From Trueperaceae bacterium (GTDB lineage: Bacteria; Deinococcota; Deinococci; Deinococcales; Trueperaceae), in NCBI GenBank assembly GCA_965213925.1, contig OZ243927.1:1472001-1536000 (forward strand): 64,000 nt of DNA. The letters run 5' to 3'. This document shows positions 18,116 to 27,234 of the stretch, piece by piece (within the stretch, counting starts at the first letter, position 1; the number at the start of each line of letters is the position of its first letter). A model generated the notes under the pieces. The model was given only the letters and a program-made list of their open reading frames with translations, was not told where the DNA came from and ran no database searches. A program made the position numbers and the translations under genes.

Positions 18116-21100
18116 ATGACGACATTCAGCAGAAGCTTAGCCTTTTTACTGGGCTTCGGCATCACCTTTCTACCCTTTTACGGACCCTTCCTCGGACTGT
18201 TACTCTTCTTCTCGACGCGCTGGTCGTTGCGGCGTTTCGACGTGCTCTGGTGGGGCGCGGCGTTCCTCTTTGCGCTGCCCTCGGCGGTGCGCGGCGACGC
18301 GGCGGGGTTTTTCTTCGGCGCAGTGCAGCTTCTCGCGCCTTGGCTCGTCTACCGCGCCTTCGGGCAGCTCGCGGCGGACCAGCCTCGCATCGGCAAGTCG
18401 CGGCTTTCAGCGCCTATCGGGGTAGGGCTCCTGTCGGGGCTCGCGCTGGTCGTTCTGTTCGGCTGGCTGCAGCTCGGCGCGTTGGGGGCGGGGCTCCTGG
18501 GCACCGTCACCCAGACGTTCGTGGGGGCGGCGGGCTCGAGCGTATACGGTCACACCGTCTTCGCGCTGGGCGCGCTCGTGGCGATTCTCCTGCCCAACAT
18601 GCGCCTCAAGCTGGTCAGCTTGGGGCTCTCGGCGCTCGGCATCCTCGTTTCGGGCAGCCGTGAGGCGGCGCTCGCTTGGCTGCTCGTCGCGCTCACGCTG
18701 CTGCTTATGGGGGGCAAGCGCTCCTGGCGCAGCCGCGCCGCCGAAATCAGTTTGGTCAGCCTCATGCTCCTGGTGGCGGCGGGCATCGGACCGCAGCTCG
18801 GCTGGGGGCGGGTCGGGCTGCTCGTCGACTTAGCGCCCGCGACGAACCCTTCGGTCAACCTCTTGCAGGGCTCGGAAAGCCCCGAGGGTGCCTGGTGGGA
18901 CACGCTCGGCGTTCGCGTACAAGCGGAGCGCGTCACACTCGCCGGGCAGGAGCGCACCAGCTACCACCTCACCAAAGAGACGCCGGAGAGTTGGGGGCGG
19001 CTGCAACAGGTCGTGCCGCTCCTCCCGAACACGCCCTACACGGTGAGCGCCTGGGTGAGAGCGCCAGCGGGCGCGGCGCAGGGCCTACCCGGCATCCAGG
19101 GGCGCGGGCAAGCGGCGGCGGGCGCGACCTTTACGCTGCGCGGCTTCCTGAGCGGCGACACGTGGAAAGCCGACGTCGACGGCGCAGGACGGGTGCTCAG
19201 CGCGGGCATCGCCGCCGAGGAGCGCGGAGAGGAAGGGGCGTGGCGGCGCGTCTGGGTGAGCTTCGTCTATGAAGGAAACGAGCCTCGTCTGCTGTGGTGG
19301 CTGGGGCTCACGCCAGACCAGCGCACGACAGCGGGGAGTCAGGCGAGTTTCGCGGGCTTTCAACTCGAGCGCGGGGATACCCTCACGCCCTATACGCCCG
19401 GCCCCGTCACACAAGGGTTTAGCCTGCGCAACGCCCGCGTCTCCTACTGGCAGTCCGCTTGGCAGGGGTTCGCGGCTCGCCCCGTTTGGGGCTGGGGTCG
19501 GGAGGCGTTCGGCGAGGCGTACCGCTCGAGCTGGCCCGCCCAGCGCCGCCTCCACGAAGTGCCCGAGCACGCGCACAACGTGTTTTTGAATACGCTCTTC
19601 GAGCGTGGTCTCGTCGGGTTCGCCGGGCTCGCCTTTCTGCTATACGCCCTCACAGTGAGGGCGTACCGGGCGAGGGACGCTGCCTTTTTGGTCGTCTTCG
19701 CCGCGCTGCTCGTCGCGAACACCTTCGACACGACGCTTCTTTACGGCGGCGTCCTCTACCCCTTAGCCGCCGTCGCAGGGTGGCGCGCGGCGTCGCGGCA
19801 CGTGCCCGCGCAGCAAGAGGCTACCGCCAAGCAGGTCGGGGTGCGCTTGGCGCTTTCAGTCACCGACTTTTTCACGGCGCTCGCCGCCTTTAACCTCGCG
19901 GCGCTCTGCTTGTGGTGGGCGGGGCGAATGTTCCACTTCGACGCGGGCTCCATCGTCTCGCCGACGGGCGCGATCGGCTACGCGCTGCTGCTATGGCCCC
20001 TCATGGCGTGGCGCGAAGGGCTCTACCCCGGCTACGGTCTGACCGCGCCGCAAGAGCTGCGCAAGCAGGTCTCGAGCGCCGCCTACGCCGGGCTCATCCT
20101 CACGGCGGGCAGCGCCCTCTTCAGCGAAGAGTTGCCCATTCCAGGCACGGTGCTCGTCCTGACGATCCTCTTCAGCGCGGTCTTGTCGCCTTTAGGTCGC
20201 ACCGTCGCCAAGTACGTGCTTCACCACTTTGGCCTCTGGGGGCGCGAGGTGGTGATTCTAGGCGCGGGCAACGCGGGGCGGCGCGTAGCACGGGCACTGC
20301 AGCAGCGTCCTCTGGATGGGCTTCACCCGGTGGCGCTCTTCGACGACGACCCAGCGAAGCGTGACGCGGAGGTCGAAGGCTTGCGCGTCAGGGGTACGCT
20401 CCGCGACGCACAGGCGTTCGCCAAAGCCAGGGGCGTGCGTCATGCAGTCGTCGCCATCTCGCACGCCTCGGACGACACCCTGATGCAGCTTCTCAACACG
20501 CAAGGTCGCGCTTTCAAGCAGGTCCAGTTCGTCCCCCACATCGAAGGCTTGCCCGTTTACGGCGTGCGCGCGGGCTCGCTCGACAACCTCTTGGCGTTGG
20601 AGGTCGACAACGCGCTCAACTCGACCCTCAACCAGAGCGTCAAGCGCGCGCTGGACCTCATCGGCGTCGTGGTGGGCGGCGTCATAATCAGCCCCTTTTT
20701 GCTCCTCCTGATGGTCGCCATCTACCTCGACTCACCCGGACGGGTCTTTTTCGGGCATCGGCGCGTCGGGCAGGGGGGCGAGCACTTCACCACCTGGAAG
20801 TTCCGCACGATGGTCCCGAACGCGCAAGAGGTCCTCGAGGAGCATCTGGCGCGCGACCCCGTCTTAGCGCAGGAGTGGCAGACGAGCTTTAAGCTGCAAG
20901 ACGACCCGAGGATCACGCGAGTCGGTAAGTTTTTGCGCAGGACGAGCCTGGACGAACTGCCGCAGCTCTGGAACGTCCTTATCGGCGAGATGAGCTTAGT
21001 CGGACCGCGTCCCATCATCGACGAGGAGGTGCCGCGCTACGCGACCTCTTTCGAACTCTACAAGCTGGTGCGCCCCGGCATGACGGGCTACTGGCAGGTC

Positions 21101-21238
21101 TCGGGGCGCAGCGACACGGACTACCCGCACCGCGTAGCGCTCGACAGCTTCTACATCCGCAACTGGTCGGTGTGGCTCGACGTGGTGATCTTGCTAGCGA
21201 CGGCGCGCGTCGTGCTCGAGGGCGACGGCGCGTACTAG
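18116..21238 (+). CDS. fusion: O-antigen ligase/O-OTase-like (Wzy_C) domain with inserted carbohydrate-binding-like domain + WbaP-type undecaprenyl-phosphate glycosylphosphotransferase
   Basis: SGSR in the TM region; RVSYWQSAWQGFAARPVWGWG...HAHNVFLNTLFERGLVG (ligase); YTVSAWVRA...WRRVWVSF...FQLERG (CBM-like); VILGAGNAG, KFRTM and DPRITRVGKFLRRTSLDELPQL...MSLVGPRP (WbaP-type PGT); one uninterrupted frame. Confidence 0.85.
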   Translation: MTTFSRSLAFLLGFGITFLPFYGPFLGLLLFFSTRWSLRRFDVLWWGAAFLFALPSAVRGDAAGFFFGAVQLLAPWLVYRAFGQLAADQPRIGKSRLSAPIGVGLLSGLALVVLFGWLQLGALGAGLLGTVTQTFVGAAGSSVYGHTVFALGALVAILLPNMRLKLVSLGLSALGILVSGSREAALAWLLVALTLLLMGGKRSWRSRAAEISLVSLMLLVAAGIGPQLGWGRVGLLVDLAPATNPSVNLLQGSESPEGAWWDTLGVRVQAERVTLAGQERTSYHLTKETPESWGRLQQVVPLLPNTPYTVSAWVRAPAGAAQGLPGIQGRGQAAAGATFTLRGFLSGDTWKADVDGAGRVLSAGIAAEERGEEGAWRRVWVSFVYEGNEPRLLWWLGLTPDQRTTAGSQASFAGFQLERGDTLTPYTPGPVTQGFSLRNARVSYWQSAWQGFAARPVWGWGREAFGEAYRSSWPAQRRLHEVPEHAHNVFLNTLFERGLVGFAGLAFLLYALTVRAYRARDAAFLVVFAALLVANTFDTTLLYGGVLYPLAAVAGWRAASRHVPAQQEATAKQVGVRLALSVTDFFTALAAFNLAALCLWWAGRMFHFDAGSIVSPTGAIGYALLLWPLMAWREGLYPGYGLTAPQELRKQVSSAAYAGLILTAGSALFSEELPIPGTVLVLTILFSAVLSPLGRTVAKYVLHHFGLWGREVVILGAGNAGRRVARALQQRPLDGLHPVALFDDDPAKRDAEVEGLRVRGTLRDAQAFAKARGVRHAVVAISHASDDTLMQLLNTQGRAFKQVQFVPHIEGLPVYGVRAGSLDNLLALEVDNALNSTLNQSVKRALDLIGVVVGGVIISPFLLLLMVAIYLDSPGRVFFGHRRVGQGGEHFTTWKFRTMVPNAQEVLEEHLARDPVLAQEWQTSFKLQDDPRITRVGKFLRRTSLDELPQLWNVLIGEMSLVGPRPIIDEEVPRYATSFELYKLVRPGMTGYWQVSGRSDTDYPHRVALDSFYIRNWSVWLDVVILLATARVVLEGDGAY

Positions 21239-21250
21239 CTAAAGAAGACC

Positions 21251-24200
21251 TCACGGCGACGTGTTCAACACCCTCACCCTGCGGGTCAGCTCGGTGACGG
21301 TGCCGTCCACTGTGGCGGCGCGGAAGACGAGGTCGTAGACGGCGTCCTCGGCGTCGGCGGCGACGGGGAGAACCGCGCTGTAACGCCCCGGCTCCTCTTC
21401 GGTGAGTTGAACATTACCTAGCAGGCTTTGCATGCTCACCTCGGCGGCTTCGAAAAGGGGCTCGGCGAAGAGGTCTAAAGACTCGCCCGCCCTGACCGGA
21501 CCGTCGGCAGTGACTTCGAGCCGGGCAACGTCCGGGTCGACGACGAGCTGACCTCGGCGGCTCGCCGTCTCGTCGCCGCGCCGCGCGACCACTTCGAAGG
21601 TGTAGACGCCGGGCGGCGTGTCCGCGGGCACATTCACGCGCCCGAACCACCCGCCCTCCACCGCGAAGAGGTCGCCCTTACCCGCCGGGGTGCTGACGCT
21701 CACGCTCTCGGCGTCACCTTGAACGCTCACCCTGATGAGCGGCGCTGAACCGGGCGGCGCGCGCTCGGCTGTCGGCGTCACGCGGCGCACGCGCAACTTC
21801 GACCCGCCGAAACTCCGCGCTCGCGTGCGCGCGGGTTGGAGCAGGTACGTGACCTCGACGACCTCGCCCGCGCTTACCGTGAGCTGGCGCGCCGCGTCAC
21901 CTAAAAGGACGCTGCCAGCGGGGTAGTCGACGAGCTGCAAGGTCGCCTCGCCGGGGAGCAGCCCGCGCGCCGAAAAGTTGCCCTGCTCATCCGCGCTGAG
22001 CGAGCGGTAGAGCCCTTCGGTGTCGATGAGCAGCAGCCGCGCCGCGAGACCGCGTGCGGGCGTGTCGGCGACACCGTCGGCGTCCGCGTCCTCTAAGACC
22101 CGCCCCCTGAGCGCCGCTGTACGCGCGAGGCGAAAGTCCCACGTGACCTCCTCTTTGAGCGCGACTTCGGCGAAGACCGTATCCGACCCTAGCAAGCGGT
22201 AGGTGATGGGCAGACTCGTAACCTCGAGACTCACCTTGTAGGTGCCGGGCTCCACGTCGGCGCGGTAACGCCCCGCCTCGTCGGTCAGGATTCTGAAACG
22301 CCCTACCCTGACCTCGACGCCCGCGAGCGGACCCTCGTCGGAACGCACCACGCCCTGCACCGCGCCGAGCCGACGCCCGCCCGCAAACTCGCTCGCCCTG
22401 CGCGGAACGCCCACGTCAAAAGCGTAGTCGCTCGAGAGCGACAGCCCTAAGGTGAAAGGACGTTCGCCTGCGCCGCTGCCGTACCCATAGTTGGCGTTGC
22501 CCGCGACGTTGACGCGCCAGGGTCCGCTGTAGAGCACCGTGCCCGCGTTGAGCCCTAACCGCTTCTCCTCGACGTTCCAGGTGCCGTTGCTAAAAAAGGT
22601 GAGGGGCGCGTCGTTCATCTGCAACTTGAGGTCGAGCTGACCCTCCAGATGCCGCGTGCTCGGATAGTAGGTCAGGTCGCTCTCCAAACTGTAGTAGGGC
22701 GTGCCGCGCCGCGCCAAACGCGCGGACGTGTCCAGCGCCAGCTCAGCGCCGTAGACCACGCCGAACTGCGCGTCGGCGAGCCACGCATCGGCAAAAGGCG
22801 TCTCGTACTGGAGCCGCGCAACGTTCTGTGCGCTGCCCATCTCCAAGCTCAGCGTGACGTCGCCGGGTAGCGAGGGCAGATCGTCGAAGATGAGGCGGTC
22901 TTGCAGGCCGATGCTCCAGCCAGCAGCGGGTTTTGAGTCAGAGGAGTTTTTTGAGCCGGAGGAGGTTCTCGAGGAGGTCGCCCCGAGAGAGCCCTTCGCG
23001 TAGAGGTGCCGTCCGGGTCCGTAATAGTCTAACTGGGTTGACGCGCTCGCCCCGTCGGTGAGCAGACCGGTCAGTTTGAGGCTTCCTCGCAGCCTTCCCG
23101 TCGAGAGCTTTCTTTCTCCCTCCAACGAGGCGTCGAGGGCGTCATCGCTCGCTTTGGCTGCAACGCTAAACGCGCCTAAGTCGGCGCTACCACGTGCGCT
23201 GAACTGCGCGTCGCCTGAACGTATCCCCGCCCCGAGTGCGACGGACGCCACTTGAGCATGGTACGCGCCCGCTACGTAACCGGGCGCATCCTTCTCCGCG
23301 CTGAGCGCACCCGCTACCGACCAGCGCGGCGCTTCGTAGCTCCCCGATACGCCGGTGCCCGACGACAGTCCGAGGTTGTAAGGGTCGCCGCCGCTGCCCC
23401 CGACCTGCGCCGTCCACACCTCATGCTGCATCTCCGCGTAAGAACTCAGCATGTCCTTGGCGTCCAGTCTCGCTGTCAAGCTTACAAAGTCAGAGAGCGG
23501 ACCCTCCGCCGTGAGTTCGCCCCCCCAGCTCTCAGTCGAGAGGCTCGCCGAGGCGACGGCATTGAGGCGAAAAGGGTGCGGCGGCGGCACGCCGAAGCGG
23601 GTGACCGTGAGGGTTTTGCGGACGACCTGCTCGCCGCTCGTTAAGACGAGGGTGTAGCTTCCCTCGCTCGAGACCTCGAGCCGCTCCACGCGCCGCTCCT
23701 GCGGCGCAAGCTCGCGCTCGCGCGCCACCAAAACCTCGCCCCGCTGACGCAGCTCGAGGCGCACCGCGCTCGTCACGTTGCCCCGGTTGATGAGGGTGAC
23801 GTTCACTCCTTTGGCGCTCAACACGACCGTTTCGGGCGCGTCTAGGTCCAGCGACGTACGCTCGTTGACCGTGACGGTTGTCTGAACGCTCAGCTCGTCC
23901 GTAGCGGTGCGCAGCGTCAACGTGAGCGTGTCCTCGGCGAACGCAGGCGCGTCGGCAGGCACAGCCAGCGTGAGCGCGATAGGGCGGCTCTGCCCCGGCG
24001 CTAAGGTCAGCTCGCCCGGCTGCCGTAAGATTTTCCAACCCGACGAGGAGCGCGCCTCGGCGCTTACAACCGTGCCGGCTTCCGTCCCGGACGCCTCCGC
24101 GCGAAACACGAAGGTGACGTAGTCGCCGGGCTCGGCGAAGCGGCTGTTCGGCGGCGTCAGGGTCAAGGTTTGCGCGACGCCTGTGCCGACCAAGGCTAGT

Positions 24201-24289
24201 AGCGCCAAGCAGAGAAGGCGCGCGAGAACCGTTAGACGCACCGCCACGCGCTGAAAGGACATGTCGAGAAGGTGAGCGAACTTCGTCAT
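21251..24289 (-). CDS. large secreted/outer-membrane protein (Ig-like domains, beta-strand-rich core, carboxypeptidase-regulatory/SdrD-B-like repeats)
   Basis: Signal-peptide-like N-terminus (GTGVAQ); N-x-GN Ig-like motif; alternating aromatic beta strands; TDEAGRY and LEDADADG motifs. Confidence 0.75.
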   Translation of the reverse strand: MTKFAHLLDMSFQRVAVRLTVLARLLCLALLALVGTGVAQTLTLTPPNSRFAEPGDYVTFVFRAEASGTEAGTVVSAEARSSSGWKILRQPGELTLAPGQSRPIALTLAVPADAPAFAEDTLTLTLRTATDELSVQTTVTVNERTSLDLDAPETVVLSAKGVNVTLINRGNVTSAVRLELRQRGEVLVARERELAPQERRVERLEVSSEGSYTLVLTSGEQVVRKTLTVTRFGVPPPHPFRLNAVASASLSTESWGGELTAEGPLSDFVSLTARLDAKDMLSSYAEMQHEVWTAQVGGSGGDPYNLGLSSGTGVSGSYEAPRWSVAGALSAEKDAPGYVAGAYHAQVASVALGAGIRSGDAQFSARGSADLGAFSVAAKASDDALDASLEGERKLSTGRLRGSLKLTGLLTDGASASTQLDYYGPGRHLYAKGSLGATSSRTSSGSKNSSDSKPAAGWSIGLQDRLIFDDLPSLPGDVTLSLEMGSAQNVARLQYETPFADAWLADAQFGVVYGAELALDTSARLARRGTPYYSLESDLTYYPSTRHLEGQLDLKLQMNDAPLTFFSNGTWNVEEKRLGLNAGTVLYSGPWRVNVAGNANYGYGSGAGERPFTLGLSLSSDYAFDVGVPRRASEFAGGRRLGAVQGVVRSDEGPLAGVEVRVGRFRILTDEAGRYRADVEPGTYKVSLEVTSLPITYRLLGSDTVFAEVALKEEVTWDFRLARTAALRGRVLEDADADGVADTPARGLAARLLLIDTEGLYRSLSADEQGNFSARGLLPGEATLQLVDYPAGSVLLGDAARQLTVSAGEVVEVTYLLQPARTRARSFGGSKLRVRRVTPTAERAPPGSAPLIRVSVQGDAESVSVSTPAGKGDLFAVEGGWFGRVNVPADTPPGVYTFEVVARRGDETASRRGQLVVDPDVARLEVTADGPVRAGESLDLFAEPLFEAAEVSMQSLLGNVQLTEEEPGRYSAVLPVAADAEDAVYDLVFRAATVDGTVTELTRRVRVLNTSP

Positions 24290-24402
24290 AGAGCAACGCA
24301 GCCTGAAATGAGATACGCTTCTCTAGGTATAGCAAGGGCTAAGCCCAGACCGAGTGAAGATTTGCTGCTACAGACGTGTGCTTTTTACACTTTTGTCCTG
24401 AG

Positions 24403-24589
24403 TACACCGTTAATTGAAAAATGAATGATGTCATTCTGAACGGAACGAAGTGTAGTGAAAGAATCTCTGCCCTTGCTGACTCCACTTGCTGAGATTGAAA
24501 GGCGAGACCCTTACGCATTCGCCGGACTTCGTCTGACTGCGTGAACAGGGTGACATCAGTGAAGGTGTCAATACTTAGTTGACAGTGTA
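24403..24589 (+). mobile_element. MITE family A (187 bp)
   Basis: TIRs TACACCGTTAATTGA / TTAGTTGACAGTGTA; CTGAG duplicated on both flanks (24398-24402, 24590-24594). Confidence 0.85.
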
Positions 24590-24735
24590 CTGAGTACGCG
24601 GTCGGCTAAGAAGTGCGATAGTTTTTCAAGCTACAGGGTTAATGAAGCTTCTATTTGTGGAGTGTGAAGTTTTTCGCCGCTCAAACCTCTACCCGGTTAC
24701 AATCGTCCGAATTGACCTCTTGCTAACGTACCCCT

Positions 24736-24933
24736 ATGAGATATTTACTGATTCTTTTACTCACTCTAACGTTTGGACTCGCAGCCTGTGGAGACGGCGA
24801 AAGCGACGCCGAAGCGGGCGCTGAGCAAGCCGCCGAAGAGGTGCAACAGGGCGCAGAGGAAGCGGGCGAAGCCGCTAGTGAGACCGCAGAAGAGGCGGGC
24901 GACGCCGTAGAGGGCGCGACTGACGGAGAATAG
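24736..24933 (+). CDS. small acidic lipoprotein
   Basis: Lipobox LAAC followed by an E/A/G-rich repetitive tail; TAACGT-N6-ATG. Confidence 0.8.
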   Translation: MRYLLILLLTLTFGLAACGDGESDAEAGAEQAAEEVQQGAEEAGEAASETAEEAGDAVEGATDGE

Positions 24934-24955
24934 GCTTCGAACTCAACGTTTTGCT

Positions 24956-25693
24956 TCATAGCCGGGTTGCTTCGTAAAGGGCAATCCCCACCGCTACCGC
25001 GAGGTTCAAGGATTCGATCCATTCACTCTGAGGAATGGTCACGCTTTCGCCCACCTCGCGGTACGCTTTTGGCAACCCTGGTCCTTCGGGTCCGAAGACG
25101 AGTGTAAAGGGAGCGGTGAACGTGACCTCTTGTAGTTCACGCTTTGCGTCCAACATAAAGGGGTAAAGCTGGCGCTGAGTGGTTTCCCTATACGCCTCTA
25201 AATCGTCGAAATAGTGCGCGTTAAGTGCGAAGATCGCGCCCATCGAGGCGCGAACGACGTGCGGGTTGAAGAGGTCGGCGGCGGGGCGTAAGAGCGCCAG
25301 GTCGCGCACGCCGAAGCCCAGCATCGTCCTGACGATGGTGCCCAAGTTGCCCATATCGCTCGGGTTGACCAATAGGAGGTGGTTCGCTTCCTTTTGCAAC
25401 GCCATTTCATACTTTTCAAACACGGCGAACACGTAAACGTTGCCCTTGTGCGCGAGTCTATTGACGAGTTTGTCATTCATTTCAAACGGAACGCTAAGCG
25501 CGTCGCACCGAGAGCGAATTTCCGCGACGCCCTCGCTCACTTCACCCTTGGAATGCGCGACGACGCGCAGCACCTTATCGGGGCGGTGGGTCAAAAGCTC
25601 CAGCGTCGGAAAGATGCCGAAGCTGTAGGAGTGCGTAAAATCCTTTTTGTAGCGTTTGAGCTGCACCTTAGACCTTTTCTTGGAGCCCTTCAA
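24956..25693 (-). CDS. TrmH/SpoU family RNA methyltransferase
   Basis: DMGNLGTIVRT, VRASMGA, FGPEGPGL and ESLNLAVA SPOUT motifs. Confidence 0.9.
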   Translation of the reverse strand: MKGSKKRSKVQLKRYKKDFTHSYSFGIFPTLELLTHRPDKVLRVVAHSKGEVSEGVAEIRSRCDALSVPFEMNDKLVNRLAHKGNVYVFAVFEKYEMALQKEANHLLLVNPSDMGNLGTIVRTMLGFGVRDLALLRPAADLFNPHVVRASMGAIFALNAHYFDDLEAYRETTQRQLYPFMLDAKRELQEVTFTAPFTLVFGPEGPGLPKAYREVGESVTIPQSEWIESLNLAVAVGIALYEATRL

Positions 25694-26666
25694 AGGGCGC
25701 GGCTAAACCCGCTTCGGCGGCGCGAATCGCCTCATGCGGAGCCCACGCCAACGCCCGCACGCCCTTATAGGCGCGGAGCGCCCCGTCCCGTTCGCCTGCC
25801 AAATCGCGAAGTTGACCCAAGCGCGACAGGAGGTAGCCAGGCAGGTAATACGGCTCGCTGAAGTCGCCTCGGCTCGCCGCTTCTAAGAGGTCCAAGGCTT
25901 CTACGGTGTGACCGTTCGCGAGGAGCAGGTTCGCCTCGTGAAAGCGTGCCTCAGCGAGGTCCGAGGACCTGAGTTGCGCGATCACATTGCCGGGCTCGGG
26001 CACGTCGCCGCGAAAGGCGAAGTCTAGGAGGCTGCGCGTTCTCACCTCTTCTGTGGGTTCGCTCTCGCTCGGAAGGACCAGCTCGGCTTTGTCTCGGAGG
26101 GCGTCCTCTAAAAAGGGTACGTGGTCGATGCTCGCTAGAGCTGCTACGCGCTCGTGCGGCAGCGCTAAAATCCGCGCCGCCATCACCTGGATACGTTCAC
26201 GCAACCAATCCGTGCCCGGACCATCCCCGAACGCCTCCTCTTTGACCTCTGCCTGTTCGCGTATGATCGGCACGACCTCTTGGCGAATGCGTTTTAAGGT
26301 CAATCCTTCTTGCAGAAGTGCGTTAAGAGGCCTTAGCAGTGCGCCCAGTTGCGCTACGGTACCGCGCGTCTTTTCGTACTGCGACAAGTAGCGCTGGAAG
26401 TCGGCTTCGGCGCTCGGGTCGGGGCTGGGCTCGAGCACCCCGTAAACCTCTTTGCCGTTGCGCCTCGCCCACGGCACCACGCTGAGAGGTAACGGAATCT
26501 CGGGCGTGTCTTGCCAGTCCAGCGTGCTAAAAGTGTCGGGCTCTAAAACAGTCGTCGCTACTACGTCCGGCTGAACGTCACGCACGATGTCTTTCACGCT
26601 CACCGCGTTGTAGAGCGGAAAGCGTAGGTGAAAGGGTCCCATGAGCGGGACGAGGGTCAGCTTCAC
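25668..26666 (-). CDS. conserved hypothetical protein with TPR-like C-terminus
   Basis: Long ORF; GTG start overlaps the upstream TGA; LGQLRDLAGERDGA...Y looks TPR-like. Confidence 0.7.
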   Translation of the reverse strand: MKLTLVPLMGPFHLRFPLYNAVSVKDIVRDVQPDVVATTVLEPDTFSTLDWQDTPEIPLPLSVVPWARRNGKEVYGVLEPSPDPSAEADFQRYLSQYEKTRGTVAQLGALLRPLNALLQEGLTLKRIRQEVVPIIREQAEVKEEAFGDGPGTDWLRERIQVMAARILALPHERVAALASIDHVPFLEDALRDKAELVLPSESEPTEEVRTRSLLDFAFRGDVPEPGNVIAQLRSSDLAEARFHEANLLLANGHTVEALDLLEAASRGDFSEPYYLPGYLLSRLGQLRDLAGERDGALRAYKGVRALAWAPHEAIRAAEAGLAAPFEGLQEKV

Positions 26667-26995
26667 GCCTCGTCGTCCCAATCATCTGCATCTAGGTCAT
26701 CTAAACCTAAATCATCTAACAAATCCAAGTCGTCTAATAAATCCAGGTCGTCCAAGTCTAGGTCGTCCAAGTCTAGGTCGTCCAAACCTCTTGCGCGCCG
26801 GAGCTGCTCTAAACGCCACGCTTTTTCGTCCTCGAGCCTTAGTAAATACGCATGTCTGTCGCGCCTCGCCTGCGCCTCGCGCTGAATGCGCCTCAGAAGC
26901 CTCTCGCCCGCAGGGACCTCGGTCTCTCCTTGAGCGGCGCGTTTCTCCGAGCGCCGTTTCGTTTGCTTGCTGCGCCTTTTGCTCTTTTTCGCCAT
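26663..26995 (-). CDS. small protein, basic N-terminus and (LDDLD)n acidic repeat tail
   Basis: TACCAT-N5-ATG; translationally coupled to the next gene; 15-18-bp tandem repeats at ~26682-26784. Confidence 0.65.
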   Translation of the reverse strand: MAKKSKRRSKQTKRRSEKRAAQGETEVPAGERLLRRIQREAQARRDRHAYLLRLEDEKAWRLEQLRRARGLDDLDLDDLDLDDLDLLDDLDLLDDLGLDDLDADDWDDEA

Positions 26996-27234
26996 AGTGT
27001 ATGGTACGGCGTAATATGCAAGGGGAAGGTAGGCTCGAGCGATGAGGCAAGTGTGGAGTAAGAAGTGGTAATGAACGTTCTAGGCTTCTCACTTGCACCT
27101 TCCATGAAGCCCTACTGTAGAGAGCGCTACTGATGAAGGGCGTCAATGCACCTATGGTAGACTGTTAGTAAGTTCACTGTTCGCATGTAGGGGTAAACCT
27201 TACAGCGACGAGCCAGAGACTCTAAGGGGGTTTA

